DNA of 64,000 nt from Schizochytrium sp. TIO01. Its lineage: Eukaryota; Protista; Bigyra: Labyrinthulomycetes. Position numbers and translations under genes: made by a program. Each line of letters opens with the position of its first letter. The stretch's first letter is position 1. The notes under the pieces were generated by a model. That model made no database searches. It saw only the letters and a program-made list of their open reading frames with translations, and was not told the origin of the DNA. Location of the stretch: NCBI GenBank assembly GCA_004764695.1, contig SMSO01000031.1:4936436-5000435 (forward strand). Direction: 5' to 3'. Below are positions 13,301 to 23,101 of this stretch, one piece after another.

Positions 13301-13478
13301 TTCAGATCACCCAACTCTCACGTATATTCGAACCTTGGAAGAAGGCCTTGAGACATACAAGAAATCATATGATGCCGAGGTAGCTCAGCATAAAACCCTC
13401 AGAGTTGCCTATGATAGCTTGCAAAGGCGGCAAATTCGTCAAGAAAAGCGTCGGACTAAACAACTAACAAAGCGATGA
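10394..13478 (+). CDS. Kinesin with N-terminal motor and coiled-coil tail, split by one +1 frameshift near 12157 (ORFs 10394-12172 and ~12160-13478)
   Basis: Motor motifs IKVFVRARP, FAYGQTGSGKTYSM (P-loop), NEHSSRSH (switch I), LVDLAGSER (switch II) and IPYRDSKLTRLLQNSLGGN. The downstream overlapping frame continues the coiled coil. Removing one G from CTCAAGGGTT gives ...EDRLKVLKNELRASE... (~1027 aa). Confidence 0.9.
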
Positions 13479-13943
13479 GCTATATCAGACAGTGTCACCA
13501 CATTATTTTGCTATAAATATGTCCAGAAGGTACGTGCTGACACTGGAAGAGTTAAAGCAAAGAAAAAATATGCCTAGCGAGTCTCAGAAGAATATATCGA
13601 CGAAAAAAAAATATCGATGTCTTTGTAAAGTTGAAACAAAAGTTCTAGAAGATTAAAACGATATGCTTTACAGCAAGGTCCGCGCACTGCGACTCATGAA
13701 CAAGATTTAGTATATACCCTGTAAATTTTAGTCTCTCAAGAGCGACTTGAATAGCATGTAGTCATAAGGTAGAAGAGATAGATTTTTAAACAGCGAACTA
13801 AATTTGCAGCAATGGTGAGGATAGCCGTATTCGATATGAAATGAAAAAAGCGAGCGGGTAAATAGGACAAGAAGAAATCCTTTGAAAGTCTTCATTTCGT
13901 TCCCGAGTTCTTTGTATGACCATGACTGAATGATCCATAATGA

Positions 13944-15511
13944 TCAGGTCTCAATTCCTTCCTCCCAAACCTTAATGAATCCATCCCACGAACATGTTGC
14001 AACCCAACTCGGTTCGACAGGTTGCCAAATAGCGTCCTGGGTTGCTTGATTGTGGACCTTGAGCTCGCGCACCTTTTTACAGGAATTCCAGGACCAAAAG
14101 AACAGCTTTCCGTTTGAGTCACCAGACACCAAGTACTTGCTATTAGGGGGGAATCAATTGGAAGCGCAAATTCTGCGCTGTTATGACCAGAAAACCGTTG
14201 TGAGCAGTTTCAGAAGCGCTCACGTATTTCATATGTAACGATTTGATTATCCATACTTTGACAGGCAAAGAAGCGTTGGTCAGGCAAAATCGTGATGAAC
14301 GGCATTCTCTGCATCGAGGGATCAGAAATCTGCTTCAGAGGCACGGGCGTATTCAAATCCCAAACAAGAAGCATTTTGTCATCAGAACTTGAGAGGAAAC
14401 GACGACCTTCGTCGAAAATAGTCACGGTGTTGACCGGGGCGTCATGCTTGGTGTAGCGCTGTACAGTCTTACCTTTACGCAGATCCCATTGTACAATCTG
14501 TTTATTGGTGGAGCCAGCAAGCAAAATGTTGTCATCGTTGGCCGAAAACTGTACTAAGTTTGCTGTGGATCCATTGCTGAGCGAAATTATGGTCTGGTCT
14601 GACTCAGCATCCCAGACACGTATAGTTATGTCATAACTTGAAAAGGTAAATTCATCTCCTGTGGCGTTGAAGCAGTGGTCGCAAACAGCGTCTTTCTGAC
14701 CACTGTAGGCGCGCATAAGCCCCCTGCCACCTAGGCAACTTACATAGACAGCCCACATCTTGAGTGTGCCGTCGAGACTCGAGGAAAGCAGCATATGACC
14801 GTGTTTGGGGAAGAAGCTCATTTTAGAGACACCCTTCTCATGGCCATTGAATTGAAAGAGCAGACGTTTCGGCAAATAGGCGTCGTGTCCCTCTGATGTA
14901 CGGAGTGTAGGTGGCACACTAACCCAGCTGTGGCCTTAGTAGTCAACTTCCTAGGTACCGTGGAATTCAGTGGAGGGCTTGATGTCTTCTCCGCCTTGGA
15001 CAAAAACGTGTTCTTCAAAGGCTGTACCAGTACCCTTCTCCTGAGCCCTCTTGGCCGCTTGATCGCGTCTGCGCTCCATGTTCGCCAGTATCTCTTTCTA
15101 TTCCTCTGAGATCTTATGATTATCTACCCCTTCATCATCAGAGTATCTATCTTCATCAGGACCTGCATCAATCTAAGGTCCATTCCCGGTTATTACACGC
15201 TTCAGCAGCTCACTATTCTCTGTATCCATGTCTGGTTTGCGCCTCTTGCGACTCTGAGTCAGATTCTGCATCTGAAAGTTTTCCCCCACCAGGACCCTTA
15301 GAACCCTCGCGTCCTTCAAATCGGCGTACATTAAAACTATTTTTCGATTTGGCTTACTGGTCTGCGTCGAAAGCTGCTTCGTCCACAGCGGTGTTACCTG
15401 TGCTTGGGGGTGCGCGAAGGGGTTTGCAAGACCTTCCGACCTGGCTAACATCGAAGAGGCTTTCATGTTCTAGGAAACGGTCTTCGCATTGCTGGACACT
15501 GGTGCTTCCAT
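13944..15511 (-). pseudogene. CDC40: CDC40/PRP17 (WD40 splicing factor) pseudogene
   Basis: Colinear Prp17 segments lie in several frames: ..EGLANPF.., YLPKRLL..FNGHEKGVSKMSFFPKHGHMLLSSSLDGTLKMW, FLSSSDDKMLLVWD..PVPLKQISDPSMQRMP, FACQSMDNQI, VSGDSNGKLFFW..WQPVEPSWVATCSWDGFIKVWE. There are in-frame stops (TAG ~15471, TGA 14210-14212) and multiple frameshifts. Confidence 0.85.
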
Positions 15512-16406
15512 AGCTCGCAAGGCTTCACTTCAATTTAAATTCACTGCACCCACATTTGGGGCATATAGTTGTGCGCAATCAAACTTTTTGAGCTTGACAT
15601 TCATTTGAAGATTTTGCACTTGGTGATAAAGCCTTTGCAGAGGAAATTGAATCTACACATATAGAAGAGCTCTTAGAGTTCCCAAGGACTCTAGAAACAA
15701 CCTTCGGAGGTGCAGAATCTGACTAAGATCCAGATTCTGAGTCAGAGGCAGAACTGATGCCCAGAATTGATGGTCCTATTTTGACTTTCAATCTAACGAT
15801 CAATATTTTCGCCGAGTAAATGCTTTAAACGAATTGAGATCCTTTCCACCACTGGGCTGAGTTTCCCAGCAGCCCGGACCACCTTCTCAATTCAGCTTTC
15901 AGGCACAAATGCATCCGTTTACAAGCCTCGGCTCTGGCACAAGCTTCTAGCCTCTTCGCAACTGCGAAGACCCAATCTTTGGATCAAGAAACACGTTTTC
16001 CATGTCAACACAGCACCAACAGATCCAGATCTGCTAGTGCAAGCACGCAGTAATCTCCCCTTCAGTCTCACTCTATTCGCAGACTCTCCACGCGGGCAAA
16101 CAAGAAAATGCAGGTAGGGTGCTTGGCGCTCTGGTCATGAACCACTTTCTTATGTTACAACGTTCCACTCGTTCCATGTACGTTCTTATCGTTCTGTTCT
16201 TTGCGTGTTCAGTTCCAATGAATCGAAATCGATGATCATTATTTGTTTGCTCTCGATCGCTTCGCTTTCACTCCTCCCAAACTCTCAGGTCTGCGACGCC
16301 TCGGCTAGCGGAACGTTGATTGCTGAAGCTTGAGTTTGCTCTTCTTCTTCTCTCATCTACCTTGCGCTTGATTGTCTGCGCCGCTTTCTGGGCTGAGGAA
16401 GCAATA

Positions 16407-18401
16407 ATGGCGGGCCGCGGGCGTGCCATGACGCTGCCGGCTTGGCAAACGGTGGCCTCCTTAGGGCCCTCACGTGAGAAGAGGTCTCGCGAGGACGGAC
16501 GAGAGGAAGATGTCCGTCGTGATGACGACGCTAAGCGCGGAAGGTTTGATGATGCACCGCAATCTGACCACGACCGCCGGTCTTCTCAAGACCACCGCCG
16601 GTACAACAGTATGGACGCCAACGAGGGCTCTAAAAAGGGCTTGGAAAAGGACCGCAATAACCGCTACAGTGATCAAAGAAACGAGCATAGAAACGATGTC
16701 GACAATTATGGCGATGATGAGGAAGAGTCTCGGCGAAGGAGGCGTAAAGAGAAGAAGGAGAAGAAGGAAAAGAAGGAGAAGAAGGAGAAGAAGCATCGCA
16801 AGCACAGGAGAAGATCTCGGAGCTCTGACAGCGAAGATGCATCTTCGAGGGGATCAGCAAGGTCCAAGAGTCCGAGAAGATCAAGAAGCAACAGGGATTC
16901 GAGTGAACAGGATGCCGAGGCGAGATACCCTAGACAGGTGAGATCGAGGAGAACCAAACCCACAATGTGGGATGTCACGCCGGAGCAGCTACCGGAAGAC
17001 CTGAGAGCGGAACTGGCGCTCAGAGCGACGAACCCCCTGGTAAGACAGCAACAACAGCAGCAGCACGGGCACCAACATGGTCAGCAGTTTCAGGCATACT
17101 CGCATCACTCGTATGGCAGCCAAGATGGACATGGAAATAACCACAATAACCAAGGTTATGGCCATCAAGGAGGAAGACATGGCGGCAACCAGCATGGAAC
17201 ACCACTGGCAATGCGCAGATTGTTTGTTGGAAATGTGGAGAACACGAGTGAAAGGGATCTTAGGGACTTTTTTGACGATGTACTGAGGAGGGTCACGGAT
17301 GACCGTTCAGGATCTGTGCACCATGTAGTGAACGTTTTCGTGCACATGGAGAAGCGCTTTGCGTTTGTTGAGTTCACTTCACCAGAACTTGCTACCGCAT
17401 GTCTTGCTCTTGACGGCATAGAGTTTCGCAACAGATCACTCGCGGTGTCGAGACCAAACGACTACACGCCGGAAATGTCCCGCAACGACGGACCTCTGCC
17501 CTCCATTGATACCTCTCAAGTGCGCATCTTTTCCAAGCGCGATGGTGGTAACCACAACAATAATGAGTCCCAGAGATTTATCATTCCTGACGGACCTGAA
17601 AAGATTTTTGTGGGAGGCATCCCCCATGACCTTCATGATAGCGAGATACGAGAGCTGCTTGCACCTTTTGGAGAGCTAAAGGCGCTTCATGTTGTGCGCG
17701 ACAACTCTACGGGACGCTCCAAGGGTTTTGCATTTGCAATGTACGAAGACCCTTCTGTTACAGATAGCGCTGTTGCAGGCCTCAATGGTCTACCTCTCAG
17801 GGGTCGCACGCTCGCGGTGCGCCGAAGCGAGCCGCTACCGCCCACGGGTGGGTTCTCTGCCCCCCCAGGTGGTTTCCCGGGCTCCGCAAACAATTCTGGC
17901 AACGGGCACAGAGGTGATGCTAACAAAAACAATTATGGTGGTAACTCACGGCCTGAATCTGCCGGAGGTAAACCTGTAGATGTCTCGAAGCTGTCTGGCT
18001 CGGCGCTTTTGGCCATGTCGGGTCAGCAGGGCGGCAGCAACACTGGTACAGAGAATGGAGGTCGTCAAGCAAATAGTGGAGGCGTTCTGACGCCTACGAA
18101 TATCCTTGTTCTGAAAAACATGATCACTCGCGAGCACCTTGCTGATAAAGAAGAGCTTGAGGATGTCAAACTGGACATCTCCGATGAGTGTGTGCAATTT
18201 GGAAACATTCGAGACCTTGTGGTTGCGGCTCCCGACGGCGACGGTTTCGGCGATGTGCTGGTCGAGTATAGTGAACCACATGAGGCCCTCAAAGCACTGT
18301 TTGCCTTGCGAGACCGTACGTTTGATGACCGTGTCGTTGCCTGCACATTCATGAAGGAGGATGATTTCTTACGTGCCAAGGCAGCTGCGGGAGCGAATTA
18401 A
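16407..18401 (+). CDS. U2AF2: Splicing factor U2AF large subunit (U2AF65)
   Basis: RS/basic region, ULM-type Trp (RRTKPTMWDVTP), RRM1 (RRLFVGNV..FAFVEF..LDGIEF..RPNDY), RRM2 (DGPEKIFVGGIP..SKGFAF), and C-terminal UHM (PTNILVLKNM..DRTFDDRVV). First ATG at 16407. Confidence 0.92.
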   Translation: MAGRGRAMTLPAWQTVASLGPSREKRSREDGREEDVRRDDDAKRGRFDDAPQSDHDRRSSQDHRRYNSMDANEGSKKGLEKDRNNRYSDQRNEHRNDVDNYGDDEEESRRRRRKEKKEKKEKKEKKEKKHRKHRRRSRSSDSEDASSRGSARSKSPRRSRSNRDSSEQDAEARYPRQVRSRRTKPTMWDVTPEQLPEDLRAELALRATNPLVRQQQQQQHGHQHGQQFQAYSHHSYGSQDGHGNNHNNQGYGHQGGRHGGNQHGTPLAMRRLFVGNVENTSERDLRDFFDDVLRRVTDDRSGSVHHVVNVFVHMEKRFAFVEFTSPELATACLALDGIEFRNRSLAVSRPNDYTPEMSRNDGPLPSIDTSQVRIFSKRDGGNHNNNESQRFIIPDGPEKIFVGGIPHDLHDSEIRELLAPFGELKALHVVRDNSTGRSKGFAFAMYEDPSVTDSAVAGLNGLPLRGRTLAVRRSEPLPPTGGFSAPPGGFPGSANNSGNGHRGDANKNNYGGNSRPESAGGKPVDVSKLSGSALLAMSGQQGGSNTGTENGGRQANSGGVLTPTNILVLKNMITREHLADKEELEDVKLDISDECVQFGNIRDLVVAAPDGDGFGDVLVEYSEPHEALKALFALRDRTFDDRVVACTFMKEDDFLRAKAAAGAN

Positions 18402-18987
18402 AACAAAGAAACAAACGCAACTCGGAAATAAGATGATAGGAAAATCTAAAACACTTGACACGCGCAAACAAAACATTACTAAATATCTTTGAAAGTACAC
18501 TCAGGGTAGGCGATCTCATGAAAGAAAATTACTTTTCCGATCTCAGTCGCAACCCCCCAAAACCCAAGTCCGCACAATTCCTCTGGAGGATCAATAATAG
18601 GCGTACTATTATAGCTCCTAATTGCCAAAGAGATCTTGCCTTCTTTGTTTGGAGTAAGAAAAATCAACCCGCATACAATTCATATTATCCAATTAAATTT
18701 CTCATATTGTTTTTTTAAATATTAAATTGAACTCATTTCCCTCATCTAAATTGATAAAATCGCTATGCCTTTTTCGTAGCAATCTATTTGTCAAACCAAG
18801 AAGCTTGAATGAGGAAGGGTTCTGACTTTTCGAAGCAGAGATAAAGCAGTGTGTTATGCCAATATAATTTTATTTATGTATTGTTGTTTCGATAAATGTA
18901 ACTCGATAAAACCAATTGGCGCGAAGATTCACGAATGAGGCGGGGCATATGATTAAGCATATCTACGGTTCTGCGCCTCCCATCAGA

Positions 18988-19734
18988 TTACATTTTGGAC
19001 TTCTTAAAAAGAACCTCCGCTGTCTTCTTGAATTCTTCTTTGGCCTTGTCTGAAGAGCGCACTGATTTTTCAGCATTTTGGCCCATCGTGGAGTTATTCT
19101 GCTTGAGAGTTTCAACACCCCGACGCACCGCAGGTCTTCCCTTGAGCTCGTCAAACCAGCGTTTTAAGTGAGGTAGCTCGCTTAAATCCTCCACTCCAAA
19201 TCGGCGGTATGGAATAACCCAGCCATAGCATGCCATGTCAGCAATACTGTACTGGTCACACGCAAGATATCTGGTCTTGCCCAGCTGCACATTCATTACA
19301 GACAGCAAGCGACGAAATTCACGTTTGTACCGTTCCAACGAATATGTATGGTCGGCCTTCTCGTCAATAAGATGGGCGTAATTCACAAAATGAGATACTT
19401 GACCAGCCATGGGACCAAGACCGCCAACTTGCCAGAAAAGCCATTGCAAAACCTCATAGCGGGACTCTTGTGGAAAGAAATCACCCCATTTCTCTGCAAT
19501 GTAGATGAGACAAGCACCAGACTCAAAGACAGTTTGATTTCCATCACGCAGGGCAGGAATACGGCCATTCGGAGAGACAGTTAAGAAGTCCTCTGTAAAC
19601 TGCTCTCCTTTGCTCAGATTCACAGGTACCACACGGAACTCCTCTCGGCTAATCTTGCCAGCATCTACAAGCTCCTCCAGCAGGATGCTCAGCTTCCAGC
19701 CGTTTGGAGTCGGCGCAAAGAAAACTTCCAGCAT
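18988..19734 (-). CDS. Glutathione S-transferase, Ure2p/YfcG(Nu)-like
   Basis: APTPNGWKLSILLEEL, SPNGRIPAL, FESGACLIYIAEK, QWLFWQVGGLGPMAGQ, YSIADMA. First ATG at 19734. Confidence 0.92.
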   Translation of the reverse strand: MLEVFFAPTPNGWKLSILLEELVDAGKISREEFRVVPVNLSKGEQFTEDFLTVSPNGRIPALRDGNQTVFESGACLIYIAEKWGDFFPQESRYEVLQWLFWQVGGLGPMAGQVSHFVNYAHLIDEKADHTYSLERYKREFRRLLSVMNVQLGKTRYLACDQYSIADMACYGWVIPYRRFGVEDLSELPHLKRWFDELKGRPAVRRGVETLKQNNSTMGQNAEKSVRSSDKAKEEFKKTAEVLFKKSKM

Positions 19735-20149
19735 ATTTAAACGTAGCCTCGACGCAAAGTGCTCCACCTCGGGTCTTCAAACACTCAAATAGGCCTTGCC
19801 CCTCCTGGCTTCACAAGACAGTCTTCTCCAAAAGGTGTCTATCTATCTGCCTTCTTGCCGCTTCTGGTTTGTTATTACGGTCGGACTGCCTACGGGTTCC
19901 CCGTACACACCATAAAGAGGTAACCGAGGACATGAATCCGTACATTTCCGGGGACCCATTCTTGAGTAAGTAGTTGGCGCGGAGTCCACGCAGCGATGGG
20001 TTTCGAGATCCCTCGATAGTCACGCGATTGAAGTCAGCTGACTGGCTAATGGAGCACAAGATATTGCGCTGTATTGAAGGAGACGGCGTAAGGTAGATTC
20101 CACGCTCAAGGATCTGGGTTGGTTGGGTGGTGCAAAAGTTGTTATCGAG

Positions 20150-21634
20150 ATGGCCGGATCCAGCCACAAGAAAGACGATGACTCCGACGACGAGAAGTCC
20201 GTACAGGACCAGGATGAAGAAAAGGAAAAGTCCAGAGTAGAGATCTTGGAGAAAGAGCTAGAGGCTGTGAAGGCACAGCTGAAATCTACACAGCAAACTG
20301 CGAGAGAGAAATCAAAGGAGATCGAAAGGCTCAAGGGTGTTCAGGAGGATCTTCGAGGTGCAAAGGATGCAATTGCACTTGGCTTGGAGCAAATTAAAGA
20401 GCTTAAGCGAGATAAAGAAGCACTGCTAGACCGTGTGCAAAAAGCTCAAAATGCAGAGCGAGAAGCAGGCTCGGAAGCTCGCAAGAAAAGTGCAGAAGCT
20501 GCGGCAGCAGTGAAGGAGATGAAGAAAGTACAAGAAGAACTTGAGTGGGAGAAGAAATTCCGCATGGGCCATGAGAAGGCCAAAGATAAACTTACAAGAA
20601 CAGTAATCACATTAGAAGCAAAGATCAAACAACAGACAGAGTTCACTGGCGTTGCGCAGAATCAACTCGTGACCGAGCAGAAGGAAGTACAACGCGAACG
20701 TGCGCAGAGACTAGTAGAAGTTCACCGTCTTAAGATCCTGCAGGATGAATGTGAGGAATTAAGAAATACAACAAGGATCAAAATAGCAGAAGCAGAAGTT
20801 GCTAATCGGAGTGCAGAGCACATGCAGAAACAGCTTGATCCTTTGCGCCAGTCTTTAGCTGAGTTCGAACGCTTGGCCAAAGACGATGCAGAGCAGATTG
20901 AGGCTCAAGATGCACGTATGCAAGAAGTTCTCGAGCAGGTGGAGAAACTTGAATCCAATTTGACACGGAAAACTGACGAGGTAGAACTACTAACTCGTCG
21001 TATAGAAAAAATCACAAAGGCGCAAAGCACTCTTCGCGCGCAGGTCTTTCGCCTCCTGAAATCTTATCCTGACCTTGCCTCATATGTTCCTGAAATTGCC
21101 CAATCTTCTTTGAGCGGAAAGACTTCACGCAGTCTTCTTGGGCCAGCTTTTGATGTTTCTTCAGAGAACCTTAATGGTTTCCTATCGAGTCGCTCTCCAG
21201 TGCTCAGTCCTGTAGATCCACGCGGGTACGAGAGCAAAAACAATAGCAGTGACGCGGATCCTGATCGTGGTGACGACGGGCAAGGATATGTCGTTAAATT
21301 TGCCTTACTTCTTGATGACTGTTTAGACCAGCTTCAGGAAAAACCCAAAACTACGCACCAGCGTCTGATGATACCAGACATTTCTCAGCGACTCCAGCAG
21401 GAACAACTATTCGAAGAAAGCCAGCGCGAGACTATGCGAACTCTGTTTCCGCCCTCTCAGAAGAGTCCGTCGTCCAAGAAGGCATCCAAAATCATGCGAG
21501 ACAAAGGCGGAAACTTTGTAGGCCACGGTCTTGGTCTCCGTAAATCATCTATTGCATCTTCCCCAAGTCTTCGCCAGCAATGCCAAAGCATCATCCGCGC
21601 AAAAGACCGTGAATTCGAAAACTACAAAACTTGA
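20150..21634 (+). CDS. Hypothetical long coiled-coil protein
   Basis: ~495-codon ORF with an E/K/Q/L heptad-rich N-terminal two thirds. First ATG at 20150. Confidence 0.8.
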   Translation: MAGSSHKKDDDSDDEKSVQDQDEEKEKSRVEILEKELEAVKAQLKSTQQTAREKSKEIERLKGVQEDLRGAKDAIALGLEQIKELKRDKEALLDRVQKAQNAEREAGSEARKKSAEAAAAVKEMKKVQEELEWEKKFRMGHEKAKDKLTRTVITLEAKIKQQTEFTGVAQNQLVTEQKEVQRERAQRLVEVHRLKILQDECEELRNTTRIKIAEAEVANRSAEHMQKQLDPLRQSLAEFERLAKDDAEQIEAQDARMQEVLEQVEKLESNLTRKTDEVELLTRRIEKITKAQSTLRAQVFRLLKSYPDLASYVPEIAQSSLSGKTSRSLLGPAFDVSSENLNGFLSSRSPVLSPVDPRGYESKNNSSDADPDRGDDGQGYVVKFALLLDDCLDQLQEKPKTTHQRLMIPDISQRLQQEQLFEESQRETMRTLFPPSQKSPSSKKASKIMRDKGGNFVGHGLGLRKSSIASSPSLRQQCQSIIRAKDREFENYKT

Positions 21635-21742
21635 GCCGGTGCTTCAGCAAACCCCAAACATATTTTGAAAGCGTGCTGTGCGAAGTGAACTTTTCTAGGC
21701 GATTGGAACGTGCCAATTACAAGGAGGCGAAATTTCAGCGAG

Positions 21743-23101
21743 ATGGAGGTTCTTCATGATGAAATCTTGAAGTTAGGTTTGGAAAAAATTCGCTTCAACT
21801 GTTTAATTCGCTTGACAACGAATGAAGAGTGCGAGCTCGCAGAGGCTTGCCTTGTAGCCGAGGGGTTTGTTGCTGCCCACAGAGTTGAGACCAACGTGGT
21901 TATGGGCTATCGTGTAGTAAAGGAAGACCTCGAAACAAATGCAATGCTGCATACGCTACACTTAAATGTTGAGAGTGCAACGTGCGAACTCACAGAAGAC
22001 GAGAACAACTGTCTAATAATCCGTTATTCTCTTGTTAAACTACGGCACTCAATTTACAATAGGGGCTGGGTAGTGATAGACAAAGCTATGCCGTGGACTT
22101 TACGCAAGCTTAGTGCTGAGGATCTCGCAGAGTTCGCTGTTAATGAAGTCGTCGAGACATCATTAAGGCCCGAAATTCAAATCTCGGGCCCGTCGTTGCG
22201 ACTCACGCTTCACATTATTGAAACGAAGATCTGCACAATCATCGGAGCACGAGAGGCTACGAAAGACAAGAGACACGTTCTTGCTTTGCCTCTGGACGGC
22301 TCACAGCGCCATGGAATTGAGAAATCCGGCAGCGCCTCCGAGATCCTTAAGAAAACACCTTTTGACTTGTGGCTTGAAGGGCAGCGCAGGCTCCCCTTGC
22401 ATCCATCCCCGATTCCCGATCCACAGTCGCACGAGGTACTGAGCTGGCGTATCGCATGTACTACCGGCTTGTGCATGCCAAAGGTCTGGGCAACTACGTA
22501 TGTCGTGACAGGGTCAAGCTCCAAATGTCCTCGACAAATGTGTGTTTACTCCATAACATCCCGAGTGCCTCGCCAAGCGCGAGTTTTTGAGGGCTTCGTA
22601 GCTCAAGATATTCTCAGCGCACTAGGACCTTCTCTGCAAAAGGGCTGGGAGCTTCGCGCGAACTTCATGCCTCACTTCCGAGGATTCCACTCAGCAAGGG
22701 ACGCCAGGGCTTTTGATGAAAGTTTAGGGGAAAGGATTGTGGATTGGAGAGATCCAAGTCTGGAGTGCCAAGTCGCTGAACAGCTCCGAGCTGTGACTTA
22801 TGCAGATTTAGACCATTCTAATAATTCATGCAGCCGAACTTCATCATCATCCAGTACTGGGTTCGAGCGACAAAACTTAAGCTGTCTAGAGCGGGGTAAT
22901 CCTTTGCATTTCAAAACCGCTACGAGTCTCAATGTCTCGAACATGAGCAGTACGAAGTCGCGTAAAAAGAGAAAATGCCTTGCGCCAGTCAGAGTCAGCC
23001 AAGCAAAGAGCAAACCATCAAATGACCAAGGCAGGATTTACCGTGAGGCGAGTTCAATGAGGACAGCGGCGAAGAAGAGAAAGTCGAAAAAAACCAAGTA
23101 A
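21743..23101 (+). CDS. Hypothetical protein with a basic, NLS-like C-terminus
   Basis: ~452-codon ORF of globular composition ending in KKRKSKKTK. No family recognised. Confidence 0.7.
   Translation: MEVLHDEILKLGLEKIRFNCLIRLTTNEECELAEACLVAEGFVAAHRVETNVVMGYRVVKEDLETNAMLHTLHLNVESATCELTEDENNCLIIRYSLVKLRHSIYNRGWVVIDKAMPWTLRKLSAEDLAEFAVNEVVETSLRPEIQISGPSLRLTLHIIETKICTIIGAREATKDKRHVLALPLDGSQRHGIEKSGSASEILKKTPFDLWLEGQRRLPLHPSPIPDPQSHEVLSWRIACTTGLCMPKVWATTYVVTGSSSKCPRQMCVYSITSRVPRQARVFEGFVAQDILSALGPSLQKGWELRANFMPHFRGFHSARDARAFDESLGERIVDWRDPSLECQVAEQLRAVTYADLDHSNNSCSRTSSSSSTGFERQNLSCLERGNPLHFKTATSLNVSNMSSTKSRKKRKCLAPVRVSQAKSKPSNDQGRIYREASSMRTAAKKRKSKKTK

Noticed and set aside
16320-16406. Hydrophobic signal-peptide-like extension on U2AF65
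   Set aside because: It depends on a TTG start; the first ATG at 16407 gives a normal nuclear protein.
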